Position numbers and translations under genes: made by a program | Assembly: GCA_047495785.1 (NCBI GenBank) | Contig: JBLDXI010000018.1 | Coordinates: 372,001-436,000 of the forward strand | Length of the DNA stretch: 64,000 nucleotides | Direction of reading: 5' to 3' | DNA from: Lepidodermella squamata | Lineage: Eukaryota; Animalia; Gastrotricha | The notes under the pieces: generated by a model | What the model was told of the DNA's origin: nothing | The model's database searches: none | Seen by the model: only the letters and a program-made list of their open reading frames with translations | In this document: piece after piece, positions 12,785-25,243 of the stretch | Position numbering within the stretch: position 1 is the first letter of the stretch | Layout of the letters: each line of letters begins with the position of its first letter

Positions 12785-15399
12785 ATGGAAAAAGAACCTG
12801 CTGATGATAATACCAATGGAAATCCGTTTGCGGGCGAGGAAGAAAACGAACCAGATACGCCAACTTCAGGTAGGCAATGAATTTGAACAGAAAAATTGCA
12901 TGAAGCTTGTCTTAGGATGTTTAGGCTGTTCGATTTCATCGAATAAAAAAGACGATGAAGAAAAGGCGGTGCTGACTAAAAAATCGCCTCCACCTCGACC
13001 TCCTCCGCCGCGCCCTCCGCCTCCCGTCAGCCCACCCGTCGCCTCAGTCACCGATACCAGCAATCCCTTCGAAGAAGAGGAAGATTTCGAATTGGTTGAA
13101 GTTGCCGAGGAGGCACTGCCAGAAGACGACGAGAAGAATCCTTTCAAAGAGCCTGAAAATCCGTTCCTAGACGAGGATTGCGATGATGAGAATCCGTTCG
13201 AGTCATCAGATCCGGCTGTGGATCCGCAGGTCAACCGGTCACCGTTACCTAGTCGTAGTGATAACAATAATAAGGAAACTACCCCGTCGTCATCAGCTGC
13301 CTCTCCTCCAGCTGCTGCTGCTACGCCGGCTTCGTTAGCTGAACCGAGCAGGTCGGCATCGGAGACATCGCCCCTACCGTCGCCCAAGCTGACTAAAAGC
13401 CACTCGGCTAAGGCGGGGTTTTTCAAAATTTTCCGGAAAAGCGGCTCTTCATCTTCGTCGTCGAAAAAGGTAACAATATGCATCATTTTTTAATTGCAAA
13501 ATTTAGTAGGTTAATTAAAATTCAGATCAAGCATTTGAAACCCCATTAGATTCTATTATTTTTCTATCAATAATTGCTTTAAAAATGACTCGAAATTTAT
13601 ATGAATTTAACGAATTATTTCATGGGATTTCTTAGACATTTTTAACCTGACGGTTTACCAAATTTTTCCACTTGTTACATGAAATCAAGAAACATTTTTT
13701 GAATTAGATTTTACTTTAGGCAAGTGAAAGATGTCATTTGTCAACTTTTTTCCTGTCGATACCGCTAATAATAATCGAATATTAACTCGTAAGACTAGCG
13801 TTAAAATTAACATTTCGAAATTCCAATTTTTCGCTGGAACCCAATTGGAATCCTGATGGCAACGAGGTTCGTTTCAATAAAAAGCATTTCATTGGTCTTG
13901 AAAGTGGCATCATTATCATACGATAACAAAATGCGTTAGATCCCCAATTTTTCTCATGTCTTATAGGCGATTTGGTAGATAATACCTAAATACACCATTT
14001 AGCTGTAATCTCCAGCTTATAACTTATCAGTTGATGAAAGATCATGTTAACAAGAAGGGTTGCTAATCTGTAGCCATTTACGACAGTTGGGTGGGGGGTT
14101 GAGATGAATAACCAGACAATGAATCAGGATGAGCTGCGATGATTCGCGAGATAAGGTTAGCAATACAATTTAAGAAGTGAAGGTTCCATTTCAAATTGGG
14201 CGATTTCCGACGACAGCGAGCGGGTGTGTGATGAAGCAACCGCTTCTTATAGTCTGTCTAAGTAACTTGATCGAGTGGCTGCAAGTCCTTCAAGCCACGC
14301 AGCGCAAGATTTCAGAGCTTTTTCTTCACCAGCTAGGCGACAAATCGATTATCCTGTGGCAAATAGCTTAGCTTGATTATTAAATGCGGTGAACGATTCC
14401 GGGGAGCACATTTCATAGCACGTCATGAGGCTGACTGCTGACTATGAGAACAGTGCGGCCAGTCTCGTCCGTGGCAACGAGGCAGGCGCCTTTATTCGTT
14501 AGCAGCGTATCCATGTCATATTGATTTGCTACGGTTGTTTCTATCCATGTAATGTCTCCATCAATATCCCGATCCAGTCATTTGAAAGTGGCATTCTTCC
14601 CTTTAAGAACCACCGAGAAAACAAGCGACTTGTCAGTATCTAAGGCCGTGGTTTCGATCCAACAATGTCACGATCAATATCCGAATAATATTCGTCACTA
14701 TCTGTTGCCCATCTGTGGTTGATTTTGACTCCTGGGCGTGCGTCCCTGGGTCCCGCCTGGCCTCTGTTTTGTTCGTTTCTCCTCGCATTCGAGACAATTT
14801 ACTCGACTTATCAGGATTATTCATTGATTAAAGGAGCCTAGTAGAAACAACTCAGGAAAACGTTTGAAAAGGGAGAAAAAGCAAGTCGCTTCTGAAACAA
14901 AAATGTTGTACTAAATTTCATAGTTTACTTTATCTCGTTGATGTCTCGATTAATTGTAATTTCCTCTTGTAATTTTTAGGAACAGCCCGCTCGGCCCTCG
15001 ACACCACCCCCGGCGCCTCCTGAAACAGTGCCCCAACCCCGTACAACAACAACGACTACTCGTCCCTCATCCTCAGCTGCCCACACCGCTCCAGCGTCGA
15101 CGTCAAGCGGTCCCATCGAATTCGACCCGTCCCGATACCGGTCGCCCCTCGCCCAACTCCTGCACGAACGCTACGGCATACAGCCGACGACGAAGCCGGC
15201 GCACGAAGTGGCGGCAGCGCGGCAGGCCTCTGCGCAGAGTGCCATGCACAAAATGGTGGCTCAGGCGCACGAACGCGGCGAACGGCTGGGCGAACTCGAA
15301 GACTCGAGCGCGAGACTGCGCAACTCGGCCGAGCAGTTCGGCTCATCGGCGAAAGCACTCTCTGATCATTATAAAAACAAGAAATGGTGGCAATTATAG
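12785..15399 (+). CDS. NPF-repeat, proline-rich protein with C-terminal tomosyn-type soluble R-SNARE (about 350 aa). Exons 12785-12869, 12916 (or 12925)-13469, 14980-15399
   Basis: Phase-compatible GT-AG junctions; five NPF motifs; PPPRPPPPRPPPP; C-terminus AHERGERLGELEDSSARLRNSAEQFGSSAKALSDHYKNKKWWQL is a tomosyn-type R-SNARE with no TM segment; AATAAA at about 15516. Confidence 0.82.
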
Positions 15400-16288
15400 C
15401 GATAAATATACCTGCTGATTTATTGATTTTATTATAATATCATATTATTATTAAAACGACCGCATTTCGATCAAACTTTTTCAGTGGTACACAGGACTTT
15501 CATTGCAAGATAAAATAATAAAGTGATTATTATTCATCAATCATTGTTGTTCATTTAATCAATTCAAACCGAGTTAGGATAACGCCTTACTGATAGGCTT
15601 TACGATGGAGCCTTACAATTCAACCTGGACATTGTTGGCAGATTAACGGTCATCGGTGACACGGCGTGGAAAATTCAATAAACAGCACGAACAATTAGTC
15701 ATTATCACAGGCATACTTTATTATCCACTGACTCACGAGAAAGCTGATTCATCAGCGGCCCACGACAGAATACTCGTTTCGTTGTTTGGTGATACAACGG
15801 TGCAAGTCTTTCTCCGGTTTCTCCTGCTTGGCGATTCCATCTAGAAATCGTTACGATGTACACATTGGCGATGTTTCCGGAATTTTCGGCGGCGAATCGG
15901 ATAGATCCACGCAAAATGACTGAGATTGTCCATCGTTTTAGGTTAGCTGTTTCCCAAGAAATTTGTCGGGAATGTTGCAACCACTGATTCTGGGTGATAT
16001 TCATTGTTCGATGTGCATGCACCTATTATTCTTCGTTTCTGGAACATCTGATTTTCGCTTCCATACCTATGCGGTCGATTAAATCGATTTAATTTCTGCG
16101 AGGCATTACACGGAGAAACATACTAATGATTACTATATAACCAAGTGTTGTTAAGGGTTGTACTCCAACGCACTCAACGTTGTTCACCAATTCATTCATG
16201 AGTGCGTGAACAACAATTCAACAGTACAATGAAGCAACAATTCTTACAATTTTACCTGCATGTTGTGTAGCAATGCTGGCTCGACATC

Positions 16289-18263
16289 ATGATAAAAATC
16301 CCAACATTTTCACGCTCGTATCTCATACCCGTGATAGCCATTGCAATAATCGTCCTGGTTCTGGTATTAGAGAGGATACCTGACAAGACCCTCGGAGATT
16401 CTCGCCTGGAGCTGAATAATCAATCATCATTGCAGGATAGGCCAACACTAGCAAATGAAGCGCGGAAGAAGTTTAAATTTCAGGGCTGCGGTACAGTGCA
16501 AAAATGGTCGCAAAACATCACTATTACACGCCCAGTAGATACCTATGAGGCCAACAAGATTTACAGCAACTTCAGCATTCAGCGGGTGGTTCACTTCGTG
16601 TCGGCTGAACGTCACTGGATATTCACTTTCAAAGTAACTCTTGAATTATTTTGCACGAAAATGACACCAAATATATCTTAAAACAATAGAGCTTTCTCAG
16701 CATTTTAAGCGCCTTGAAGTTTTTGGAACCCGATCAAATCTTAGTGCATCTGGTCTCGGAACCGGAACCGGATGAGTACTGCTATCATCACTGGTGGCAG
16801 GAGGCTTTGGAAACTATACCCTTTCTAAAGGTATTCTACGAACATGAAAGCAGTATAGAGCGGCAAATTGCGGCTATAAATGCCACTGGCGGAGGGATAA
16901 TCGTCAAGCTTGGCGGCATAATCTTTACAGGAGAGGAACTGCCAACTTCAAGGAAATCATCTCTCAATGTTTCAGATGTAACGTTAATCGATAAAGGAAA
17001 ATCTTTCAGCTATGTTGACTGCTCAGTTGTGGAATCAGTGCCAAGTGCAGATATCGGCAAGAAACCGTTTTGCTATCGAATTCCGAACGGTCTTAAAATG
17101 TACCCAAAGGATTTTTTCAAAGGCTCCGACAATCTGTCCCAGCTCGTGCGCTATCTTTTCTACGGTTCAAAAGAGAAAATCGCGGCGAAGCCACTGAATG
17201 AACAATCTCTAATTCCGCTGATTTGTCATTACATCTGGATAGAAGGCACCCCGTTGGAATTCGAAGCCTTCCTAAGCATGTTGAGCTGTCTTTACATTCT
17301 CAAGTAAGATCCGAAGTTTTCGTTTTAATATAATATCTCATTGGATTCTGATAGGGCTGATGTTTACGTGCATGGCAGTAAGCCGCCATCTGGGAAGAGA
17401 TGGGGCAAACTTCAGAGAATAGCCGGTAGTCGGCTGAGATACGTTGAGACACAGCTACCGACCACGGTTTTCGGACACCCTGTCAAAGAAAGGGCCCACA
17501 TCAGTGACGTGTGGCGAGTTGAAGCTCTTCTAAGGTAGTGATTGAAATATCGAAAATTGGGCGCAGATGCTTATTTTTTTTTAAGGTACGGCGGTATATA
17601 CCTCGACTGGGACGCTATCTTCATCAAACCTCTTGACGACGAAATCCGGCGATACGAGGCCGTGTTGAGCTTCGACGTGATGCGACTGGTGGACTATCCC
17701 GACATTATTAGCAACGGCGTTATACTTGCTCAACCAAACGCCCCTTACTTTCAAGAAGTCCAAGTGAGTATCCTAAAGTCGCAAAATACTTGAATTTGAT
17801 TTCCTCTCTTTAACAGCGATCAATGCGTTTCTTCCAAGCAGAGAGCAATGATTTATTGGGATCGCTGCCGTATTTTTATAACTCCCTGCTTTTGACATAC
17901 AAAATTTATGAATGCATGCCACAACATGTGCGCATTGAACCGCATCTTCAGGGCATCTGCAACAAAGGCCGGTGTCACCCAACTTGGAAACCTGGATATG
18001 CTGAAGACTGGAGAGATGTTCCAATCGATTGGATGAAGGGTGAAGCCTACGCACTGCATAACACATACCCAACACCTGACGAGTTCCAGACCGAGGTCAA
18101 TCTTCTGCGATCGACTATCAACACGTTTCATAGGGTGATCGCTCTGAAAGTTCTCGACATTGCCGGCATCAATTTGGCGGCATTAATTAGGGAATTGGCA
18201 CCGGTAGATGAAACTGCGGCTGCTTTCGGAGAGTATTACGACGCACCACGTTTGTCGCAATGA
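16289..18263 (+). CDS. Type II membrane glycosyltransferase, GT32/A4GALT-A4GNT-like DXD family. Exons 16289-16633, 16690-17303, 17355-17534, 17586-17763, 17817-18263
   Basis: N-terminal signal anchor; IPLICHYIW, AHISDVWRVEALLRYGGIYLDWD, ISNGVILA motifs; four introns of about 50-56 nt in phase. Confidence 0.85.
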
Positions 18264-18616
18264 GATAACGAAAATATCTGACAGCGGCGATCATTATTGT
18301 TACTCGAAAAACGCGTTACCATATGTCTTACAGCCGAGTGGGTTTGCCATTAATTTTGTTTACCATGCAGGTATAATCTTATCTGCGAGAAGAAACAATA
18401 AATAGCCACGTGTGTTTTTTGTATTTTGTTGTGTGTGTTTTTTAGCTGAATCGTAAAAAATTTATGTCAAAACAACAGTTTAACGCAGCGCTTTGTTTAC
18501 ATGTGCCCGATGTATTGTTTTGATTGATGCGCGAGGTCATTTTTGCTTGCGACGAATAAAAAAGCGAGTGACAATACGTAATGACACCTTTTTTCTCTGA
18601 TGCGTTTCGCCGTTCG

Positions 18617-19139
18617 ATGAACAACAACAACGGCTACTTCCATTTCGCAGCAGCGTTTTGCCTGATTTCGGTCTTCCTTTTGCACGGTAATGAATTCTCA
18701 CAGTACCAACCGATAGTTATAGCTTTAGCCTCCTTAAACACCAGGTGCTTCTGCGTTGACATGCTTCGGGTGCTCGAGTGGCAGCTGCTACGCTAGAGAC
18801 GTAGTCAGAGTAAACTGTACAGCAGCCGAGACCTTCTGCGTCGTAAGTTTCTTTCTATCCTGAGATATAGTTGCTTAGACGTTTTATGCTTAGAAAATTG
18901 GTCCCTCGCCGGCTGCAGTTGTTACGGAAACAGAGCAGACTGCTTACAGATACTGCGCGATATCTTGCATTGCTGGAAACTTCAACACAACAGGCTCCGC
19001 TAGCACGATCGTTTCTTGCTGCAGAACTAATTTATGCAACGCAGCTTCCCCGAGCTTTCCGATTCGAGATGCCCAAAATGCTCAATATTTGAACCTGCTA
19101 GTATCTCTACTCGTGGTATCCGCTTTCGAGCTTTACTAA
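18617..19139 (+). CDS. GPI-anchored Ly6/uPAR (three-finger) protein, 137 aa. Exons 18617-18686, 18745-18842, 18894-19139
   Basis: Spliced translation gives a signal peptide, then ALTCFGCSSGSC...NC...FCVK...RYCAISC...SCCRTNLCN (10 Cys), then hydrophobic tail LNLLVSLLVVSAFELY*; AATAAA 19145-19150. Confidence 0.88.
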
Positions 19140-19180
19140 TTACGAATAAACTGGGATTTTTCAGTCAAAACAATTTTATT

Positions 19181-20260
19181 TCAAATAATTTCTTCGCAAA
19201 ACGTGGTTAGTAAAATTAGAGTTTTTACAAAAGTTGGCACACTGTTGGCTACATTGCCTCGCTGCAACAAGCTCTTCTTGGCAGCTAAAATTTGATCACG
19301 AATCTTCTTGCGGAACGCTAGGGAGATTTCAAAAAATGTCCTGCGTTTCGAGAGGAGGATGTACATTGCCAGGCAAATCCAACCGTTAGAATCGAGAGCT
19401 TCGCAAATTTTAGAGCAGGTCGTTTCATGTGATGGAGACGTTAGCAACTCAGTCAGTTCTGGCACGCAAATTTCGTTCAATACATCAACCATTGCTTCGA
19501 GTAGACTGCAAACTAAAGCCGGGCATCTTGTAGTTCGACAAATCTCGAATGCCAGTTTCCGGCCGAGTTTATGCGTTGCTTTGTTCTCTCGCCGTTTATG
19601 CGCAATGCTCGCGTGATTTCGAAAATTTCGAGGTGAATCCGGCAGAAGGTCAGACTCGGTGACCAATGTAGATTTTATTAAGCACTTCAAAAAATTAGAG
19701 ATAACGCCAGACAAAATTGGATCCTGGCTAGGAAGTGATTCCAAAAGCACGATCAATTCAGTGAACACAGCTTCAACGCAATCCCAATCTGCCGACGCTA
19801 TTTTGGCTTGCACAATGCCTAAATTTTGGCTCAATTCATCGGCAAGACTGGGACCTGTGCTGATCCAGCTTGATGCCGTCATTAAGCTGATCAGGTCCGA
19901 TAGTCGCATGCCTTCACGGATGGCTAAAAACAACTCAAGGCGAGCTTCGTTTCGCCGAACTGTGCTGCGCAACCTTCCCTGAGCTTCTGCGTCGTTTTCG
20001 AAGGGATTCATAACCAGCTGTTCAGTTGGTGAATACTGAGTTTCCTCTTCTTCATCCGAACTTCCGCCAACAGTTGACTTGGTTCCATTAGGGTCATCAT
20101 CTTCGGCTGGTTCTATTTGATGCGAAGTTTCAAGATTCGGCAGAGGTTCAGCACAATCTCGAACAGAAGCTTCCTTTTCAGGTGTGGTTGGCTTATTTTT
20201 TGAATCAGCAACTGTCGAAGCGCCTATAGTTCTGCCCGAACGTGTAACACGAGTTCCCAT
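19181..20260 (-). CDS. Uncharacterised 359-aa protein (disordered basic/acidic N-terminus, Leu-rich helical C-terminus)
   Basis: Single long ORF with real ATG, ttgtAG just upstream and AATAAA right after the stop; family not recognised. Confidence 0.7.
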   Translation of the reverse strand: MGTRVTRSGRTIGASTVADSKNKPTTPEKEASVRDCAEPLPNLETSHQIEPAEDDDPNGTKSTVGGSSDEEEETQYSPTEQLVMNPFENDAEAQGRLRSTVRRNEARLELFLAIREGMRLSDLISLMTASSWISTGPSLADELSQNLGIVQAKIASADWDCVEAVFTELIVLLESLPSQDPILSGVISNFLKCLIKSTLVTESDLLPDSPRNFRNHASIAHKRRENKATHKLGRKLAFEICRTTRCPALVCSLLEAMVDVLNEICVPELTELLTSPSHETTCSKICEALDSNGWICLAMYILLSKRRTFFEISLAFRKKIRDQILAAKKSLLQRGNVANSVPTFVKTLILLTTFCEEII

Positions 20261-20376
20261 TCACTTTTATTGCTCTACAACACTATAATCACAAAAATCC
20301 GAGTTATTTAAATTTCCTTCGTCGATTTTTTATTCTCTGGCGAGTCACGATCATATATTGCAAAAATGATAAAATT

Positions 20377-23300
20377 TCAAGGAATATGAGCGAATTGTGA
20401 TTCGAAGGCTTCGAAATGAGGCCGGATGAAATCACCGTTGCCGTAGTCGAGTTCCATTCTCACGACTGCGGTTCGAATGGCCATCAAAAATGGCTGCAAG
20501 CTGGTCGCAGTTGCTCCGTTTCGATGAGCGATTTGAAGAAATCGCGTCAACGAGGCAAACGTCAATTTCGGATGCGCAGTCGCAGTTCGATCGACAAAAT
20601 TGCCGACCCCTGAAAGAAGGACATTGTTCCTGAAAATGAAAATAAATTTAATGGAATATTTCAAAAAATCTCAAAACTTACTCCCAAAGTTGGCCAGTTG
20701 TCATCAAATTGCTGACAGCTTTGAACAGCCGATCAATAACCTCAGCATACCCAGCAACGTCGAGCCTTCTCTCTTCATTGGAACAGTGAAGATCGAGCAA
20801 ACGCGGAAGAATCGACTCACAAGCGGCTTCAATCTCCTGGACAGACTTCAAATTCGCCAGATACAGCTCGAGCAGACCTGAAACAAGCTGCCAATTACCG
20901 AAATTCGACTCCAAACAGTCGGAAATCAATTTCGCTACTACTAATTTCCTGATAGCACCAGGCGAGTCTTGTTCTTTCAGCGGACGCAGGGTCGGCTCGA
21001 GTTTTGCCTGGTTCGGCGAAGAAATTAGACCCAAAACGCCACTCGTCAGCAAAGGATGGGCCTCCAGAACTTGGGGCGAGTAGTTTGGCCGAGAATTCCC
21101 TTTCGACAGCGATTCAACGATGCAATCATTGACATATCGTCTCAGCACCGCGTCTTCGCCGCCCTGGTATTGCATCAACTTCGCCAGACCGATCAACAGC
21201 CCGGGCAGGGTCCATTTGTGCAGAGACACGAAAACGTAAGGCGGAGGGGTGTTTTTCCTCGCACTAGTCACACGATGCAAATACAACATGACGGCTTTGT
21301 TCAAGAAACAATCCGGTCGAAAGGCCTTGTACAGATTAGGCGATGCGTAGCAGAATAACGATCCACTCAAGCGGAACAGGGCTTTGACTAAATTCGGGTT
21401 CAACTGGTCGAAACTTGGCCTGAACGCTTCTTCTGTCGTGCTGAGGAAAGATTCGAGAATCGCAGCTGTTTCGGGGTTATTAGATTGACCTAGATCGATC
21501 AGAAAGTAGGTCAGTGCCTCGAGTAGGTTTCCCGTGGTGAGACTTGTGTTTGAAAGGCCTTGTGGCGGTTTCCACGTTGAAGCCAAATCCCCACAACGAT
21601 GGCAACTTTCGTGAAATTTCACGTAGCTTGCTAAACTTGGGAATAGCCCTGATTGATTTTTCGAACTCTCAGCAGTGAATAACAATCGAAAACTGAGGCA
21701 AAACAACAGGGTGAGACACTGGTTTGGGCTAATCACTCCGCATGAGATGAGTTGACTTGCGATTCTTGACGAGTGCAGGCAGTCGGTTAGGAAAATTATG
21801 CCGAGTTTCGGGTTGCTCGAACTTCCTGTGAAATGATCCAGCAGATCTTGCGGTCGAACAAGCGATGTGATTGGCAGCTGAGAAACGTCCAGGTACAGAA
21901 GTAGGAAGCCGCGCAAAAACCCAACGAATCTTTCAATTGAAACTGGGTAAAGAAATAAAAAAATATCAGAATTTTATCAAAGATTGATTAATCGGGGAAA
22001 TTTTGATGGATCCAAAAACTAAATGAATAACTTACCATCAGGAGACTTTTGAACCGCCTGTTCGCAAGCTTGCACGATCGGGTAGAAGGAATTGTGGACA
22101 TTTACGACAAGTGAGCACAACAACGTGTTGCACTCGGAGTCAATGTGCCCGAAATCGTTCAAACTGTTCGACCCTTGCGAATCACTTGCAGCTAGAACCA
22201 ACTGCCGAACCCTATTAGTAATTGTATAATCTCATCATTTACAAAATGTGGTCCTTAATGCTTACGATAGCAAAATAGCGCCAATAACGTCGAGAATTTG
22301 GTTGAAAAACTCATAGTCAATATTCTGCTTCGAAATCTCAGCCGCGAAAATTTTCGAAAAGCTCGGCAAATTGACCAAGTTCACGATTTCAGCATCAAGT
22401 AACGTCGGGCTGGTCATGTTACTCAACAAAACCTCCACACAATGAAAATAATGGCAATAAATCGGCGTCGATTTAGCGTTAAATTTGCCCAAAGCTTCAA
22501 TTATATCGCTTTGAGCACATTTTGCCGGATGAAACTCGTCCGCGTTCCATCTTTGCTTCAATTTCATCAAATAAAACAGGCTTGTGATTATTGAAAGCTG
22601 GCCAAATCGTGGCAATTCGTTGAATGAAACACGCTGGATGATTTCGCCGATTCGAAGCAAGTCGTCGCTTTGAATGCGAGAAGCCACGAAAGCAGCAGCA
22701 TTCAGCATAAATGTCAAATTCAACCAGCCGTCCTCTGTCAAACTCCTAAGCCATCGCTCGTGGAATCGGCGAAATAGCGCGCCTTTCAGCTTTTGCCACG
22801 TCGAAGACATATCTCGATCACTCCCGGCGAATAAACGAACGAACAACTTGATAAAGCCAACAAGAGGAAACAAAGGCTCATCAGCAGCTGGATTAGACGC
22901 GATAGATTCAAAGTAATCTACGAGATCTCCATTACAGTCCGAGCCGATCAATAAGTCATTCACGTTTTTCGGGACGTTGAATTTGTTGAGATTGATGGCG
23001 AAAAAGTCCCACATGCAGCGCAGTGTATTGTCATCCATCGCTTTTAAGCGTTCAAATAAGCTTGAAACGGCATTTACAGCCTTGTTTAACGTGTTATCAG
23101 ATAGCGGGTTTGACGAGAAGCATGAAGCGTTCAGATGTTGGAGGCACCTAACGTAGAACGGCTGGAAATCTTGTGTGGACTGGACAATAGCGTTGATTGG
23201 TTCGAACGACGGGAAAACTGATTGATCCAGTTCTAACATGAAATCGATTGAGCGCAATGGATCAACTGTTTTCTTGAGCCAGTCAAAGAAAACGGCAGCT

Positions 23301-24061
23301 GCTGGGGAAGAACCAGCCAGAAAATAAATTAAAACAGCGCGGAATTCGCCCAAGCAGATGCAGCAGCCCCTGCTTAGCTCTTCACTCAATTCAAAAATAT
23401 CGAAAAGAACAGCCAGAATGTAATTTTCCAACGGTGTCAGAGAAATGCTGCTGTCCGAAGCATGAGCCAAGTTGAATTTCCAATCTTTCGAAGACGATTT
23501 CGTTTGAGCCCACAAGAAGAATGCTAGCAAATGATAGCGAAGCTCAAGGTGTATATGTACGAAGGATGTTGCGTTTATTTCATTAGAATCGCAACTCAGT
23601 AAGGCTGATTGTGAACTGATTTTCCCGGCGAAATTAAGAACAGATTCCACAGCTTGAGCAACCTCGGCAAAATGATTCCTTGAGAAGCAATCTGACAACT
23701 GACCGCAGAAAATCAATAAAGTCTCGTTGAAGTCCTTTTTTAACGATTCAGGAATACTCGATGATTCTAGCAGCAAAGGCGCGGCACAGAGACATTGATT
23801 CAAGCGGCATTTTGCGTAATCCAAAGACTCGCATCGTTTTGGTAAAAGTGAAACTTCAAATGATTTTATGTATTTTTGCAAATCAGTCTTTGACGACATC
23901 AGATTTGAAATCAACGAGCTTCCATTCCATTTGAAAGACGCCAAGTTTCCGCGAATTCCTCGGCAATTCTGCAGCTGAGAATTAGCCAAACTGTCTTCGT
24001 CAGGAAATACGAAAGTACATCGGGTTGGCGAGACCGGTGGAGTTATTGGTGGACTAGACAT
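20377..24061 (-). CDS. MMS22L: MMS22-like DNA repair protein (about 1161 aa). Exons 24061-22266, 22211-22036, 21942-20682, 20629-20377
   Basis: Motifs HIHLELRY, CCICLGEF and WQKLKGALFRRFHERWLRSLTEDGWLN match recalled MMS22L motifs (HLHLDIHW; WKQVKGRIYSKF...ELTEVGLQNF); exon lengths sum to 3486 nt in frame. Confidence 0.8.
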
Positions 24062-24166
24062 ACTGGAAAAGACTTGGTTATTTGCGGGGCTTGACCTATC
24101 CGGAATCCGATCAGATTCGATTCGATCGGTTCTCAGCTGATTTTCAAAATTCCCGCATCTAACCAT

Positions 24167-24580
24167 TGTTTTTGAAACATATTCCTAATAAATAAGACGA
24201 TCATATGTCTGCTTATTATGCATTTCGTACAATCTATCCGAAAAAATATTTTTCGAAAATTTGCCCGCGTTTTCTTCTAGTCGGCAAAACCTCGCGGTCT
24301 CTGCGAGAGACTTTGACCCTCTTTCTTGAGACAAATCGCTTGATTGATTATCGGTTTTGCTGTATAACGAGGTAACTTCGATCGAATGTTCATGGCTTTA
24401 CTTATGAGCACTGAATTGCCAACTTCTTAGACGCCGGGATCTTGGATCTTGAATGGAATACCGCTCTTTTAGCTAATCCGACGTCAAGTCATCATCGCTC
24501 ACTTTTGTCATATAAGTATCTTCCACTTTTCTTCGAAATTCAAAGAGATTCTGACTCCACTGCCTTGATATTGCCTTGGT
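24167..24580. promoter_or_regulatory. Putative bidirectional promoter region
   Basis: Only about 0.5 kb between the divergent starts of MMS22L (-) and the first EXPERA gene (+); positional inference only. Confidence 0.45.
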
Positions 24581-24594
24581 CAATAGATTTTCCC

Positions 24595-25191
24595 ATGGAT
24601 CTCAATTATTTATTGCTTGAATGTGGCCTTCCAAGCTTTTATGTGCTTGCGCTCTTCGCCGGATTCACATCACTCAGAAGAGCTGCCAGATTGAGCCACA
24701 GTCTTTCAAACAGTGATTATTGTGTGGCTCTGTGGAATCTTGCTGCCTTTCTTATGCATTTTACCGTTGACACGTATTTCTTGCTGGAAGAGCGCGTTCC
24801 ACTTGATAGACCTAAGCTACAGAATGGAGAGATGCCAACTTACAAGCAGATGATGGAATCAGCATGGCATAAATTCGGAGATGCCGATCAACGTTTGTAT
24901 CTGGATGCTTTCCAGCCAGAAGTCAAAACAACAGCTTTTGCTACGACAATTGCTAGCTTTTTATGTCTTCTTGTTTTCATTGGGCATCTTCAGAACTGCA
25001 GATGGACGTATCCAGTCACAATTGTTACATCAGTGTGGCACATTTGCATGGTTTACTTCTGCTGCATGCCAGAGGTTCATGTCAACTACAGAAACGCAGC
25101 TCCAGTCAGTGCAGTCGGATTTTTCGCATTCAATGCTCCGTTTGCCTTGATACCGATATTCGCCCTTGTCCATGCTTTTCTACATTTGTAA
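24595..25191 (+). CDS. EXPERA-domain (emopamil-binding protein-like) membrane protein, copy 1
   Basis: Intronless 198 aa with about 5 TM segments; motifs LMHFTVDTYF, WHKFGDADQR, FFAFNAPFALIP. Confidence 0.78.
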   Translation: MDLNYLLLECGLPSFYVLALFAGFTSLRRAARLSHSLSNSDYCVALWNLAAFLMHFTVDTYFLLEERVPLDRPKLQNGEMPTYKQMMESAWHKFGDADQRLYLDAFQPEVKTTAFATTIASFLCLLVFIGHLQNCRWTYPVTIVTSVWHICMVYFCCMPEVHVNYRNAAPVSAVGFFAFNAPFALIPIFALVHAFLHL

Positions 25192-25243
25192 AATGTTAAT
25201 GCACTGACTAGAATTTTGCTATTATAGTTTACATTTGAAAGAC

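Noticed and set aside
14980-15399. Alternative last exon of tomosyn rather than part of a separate gene
   Set aside because: Its acceptor is phase 0 whereas tomosyn's last intron is phase 2, and it fits the phase-0 donor at 13469. Not formally excluded without transcripts.
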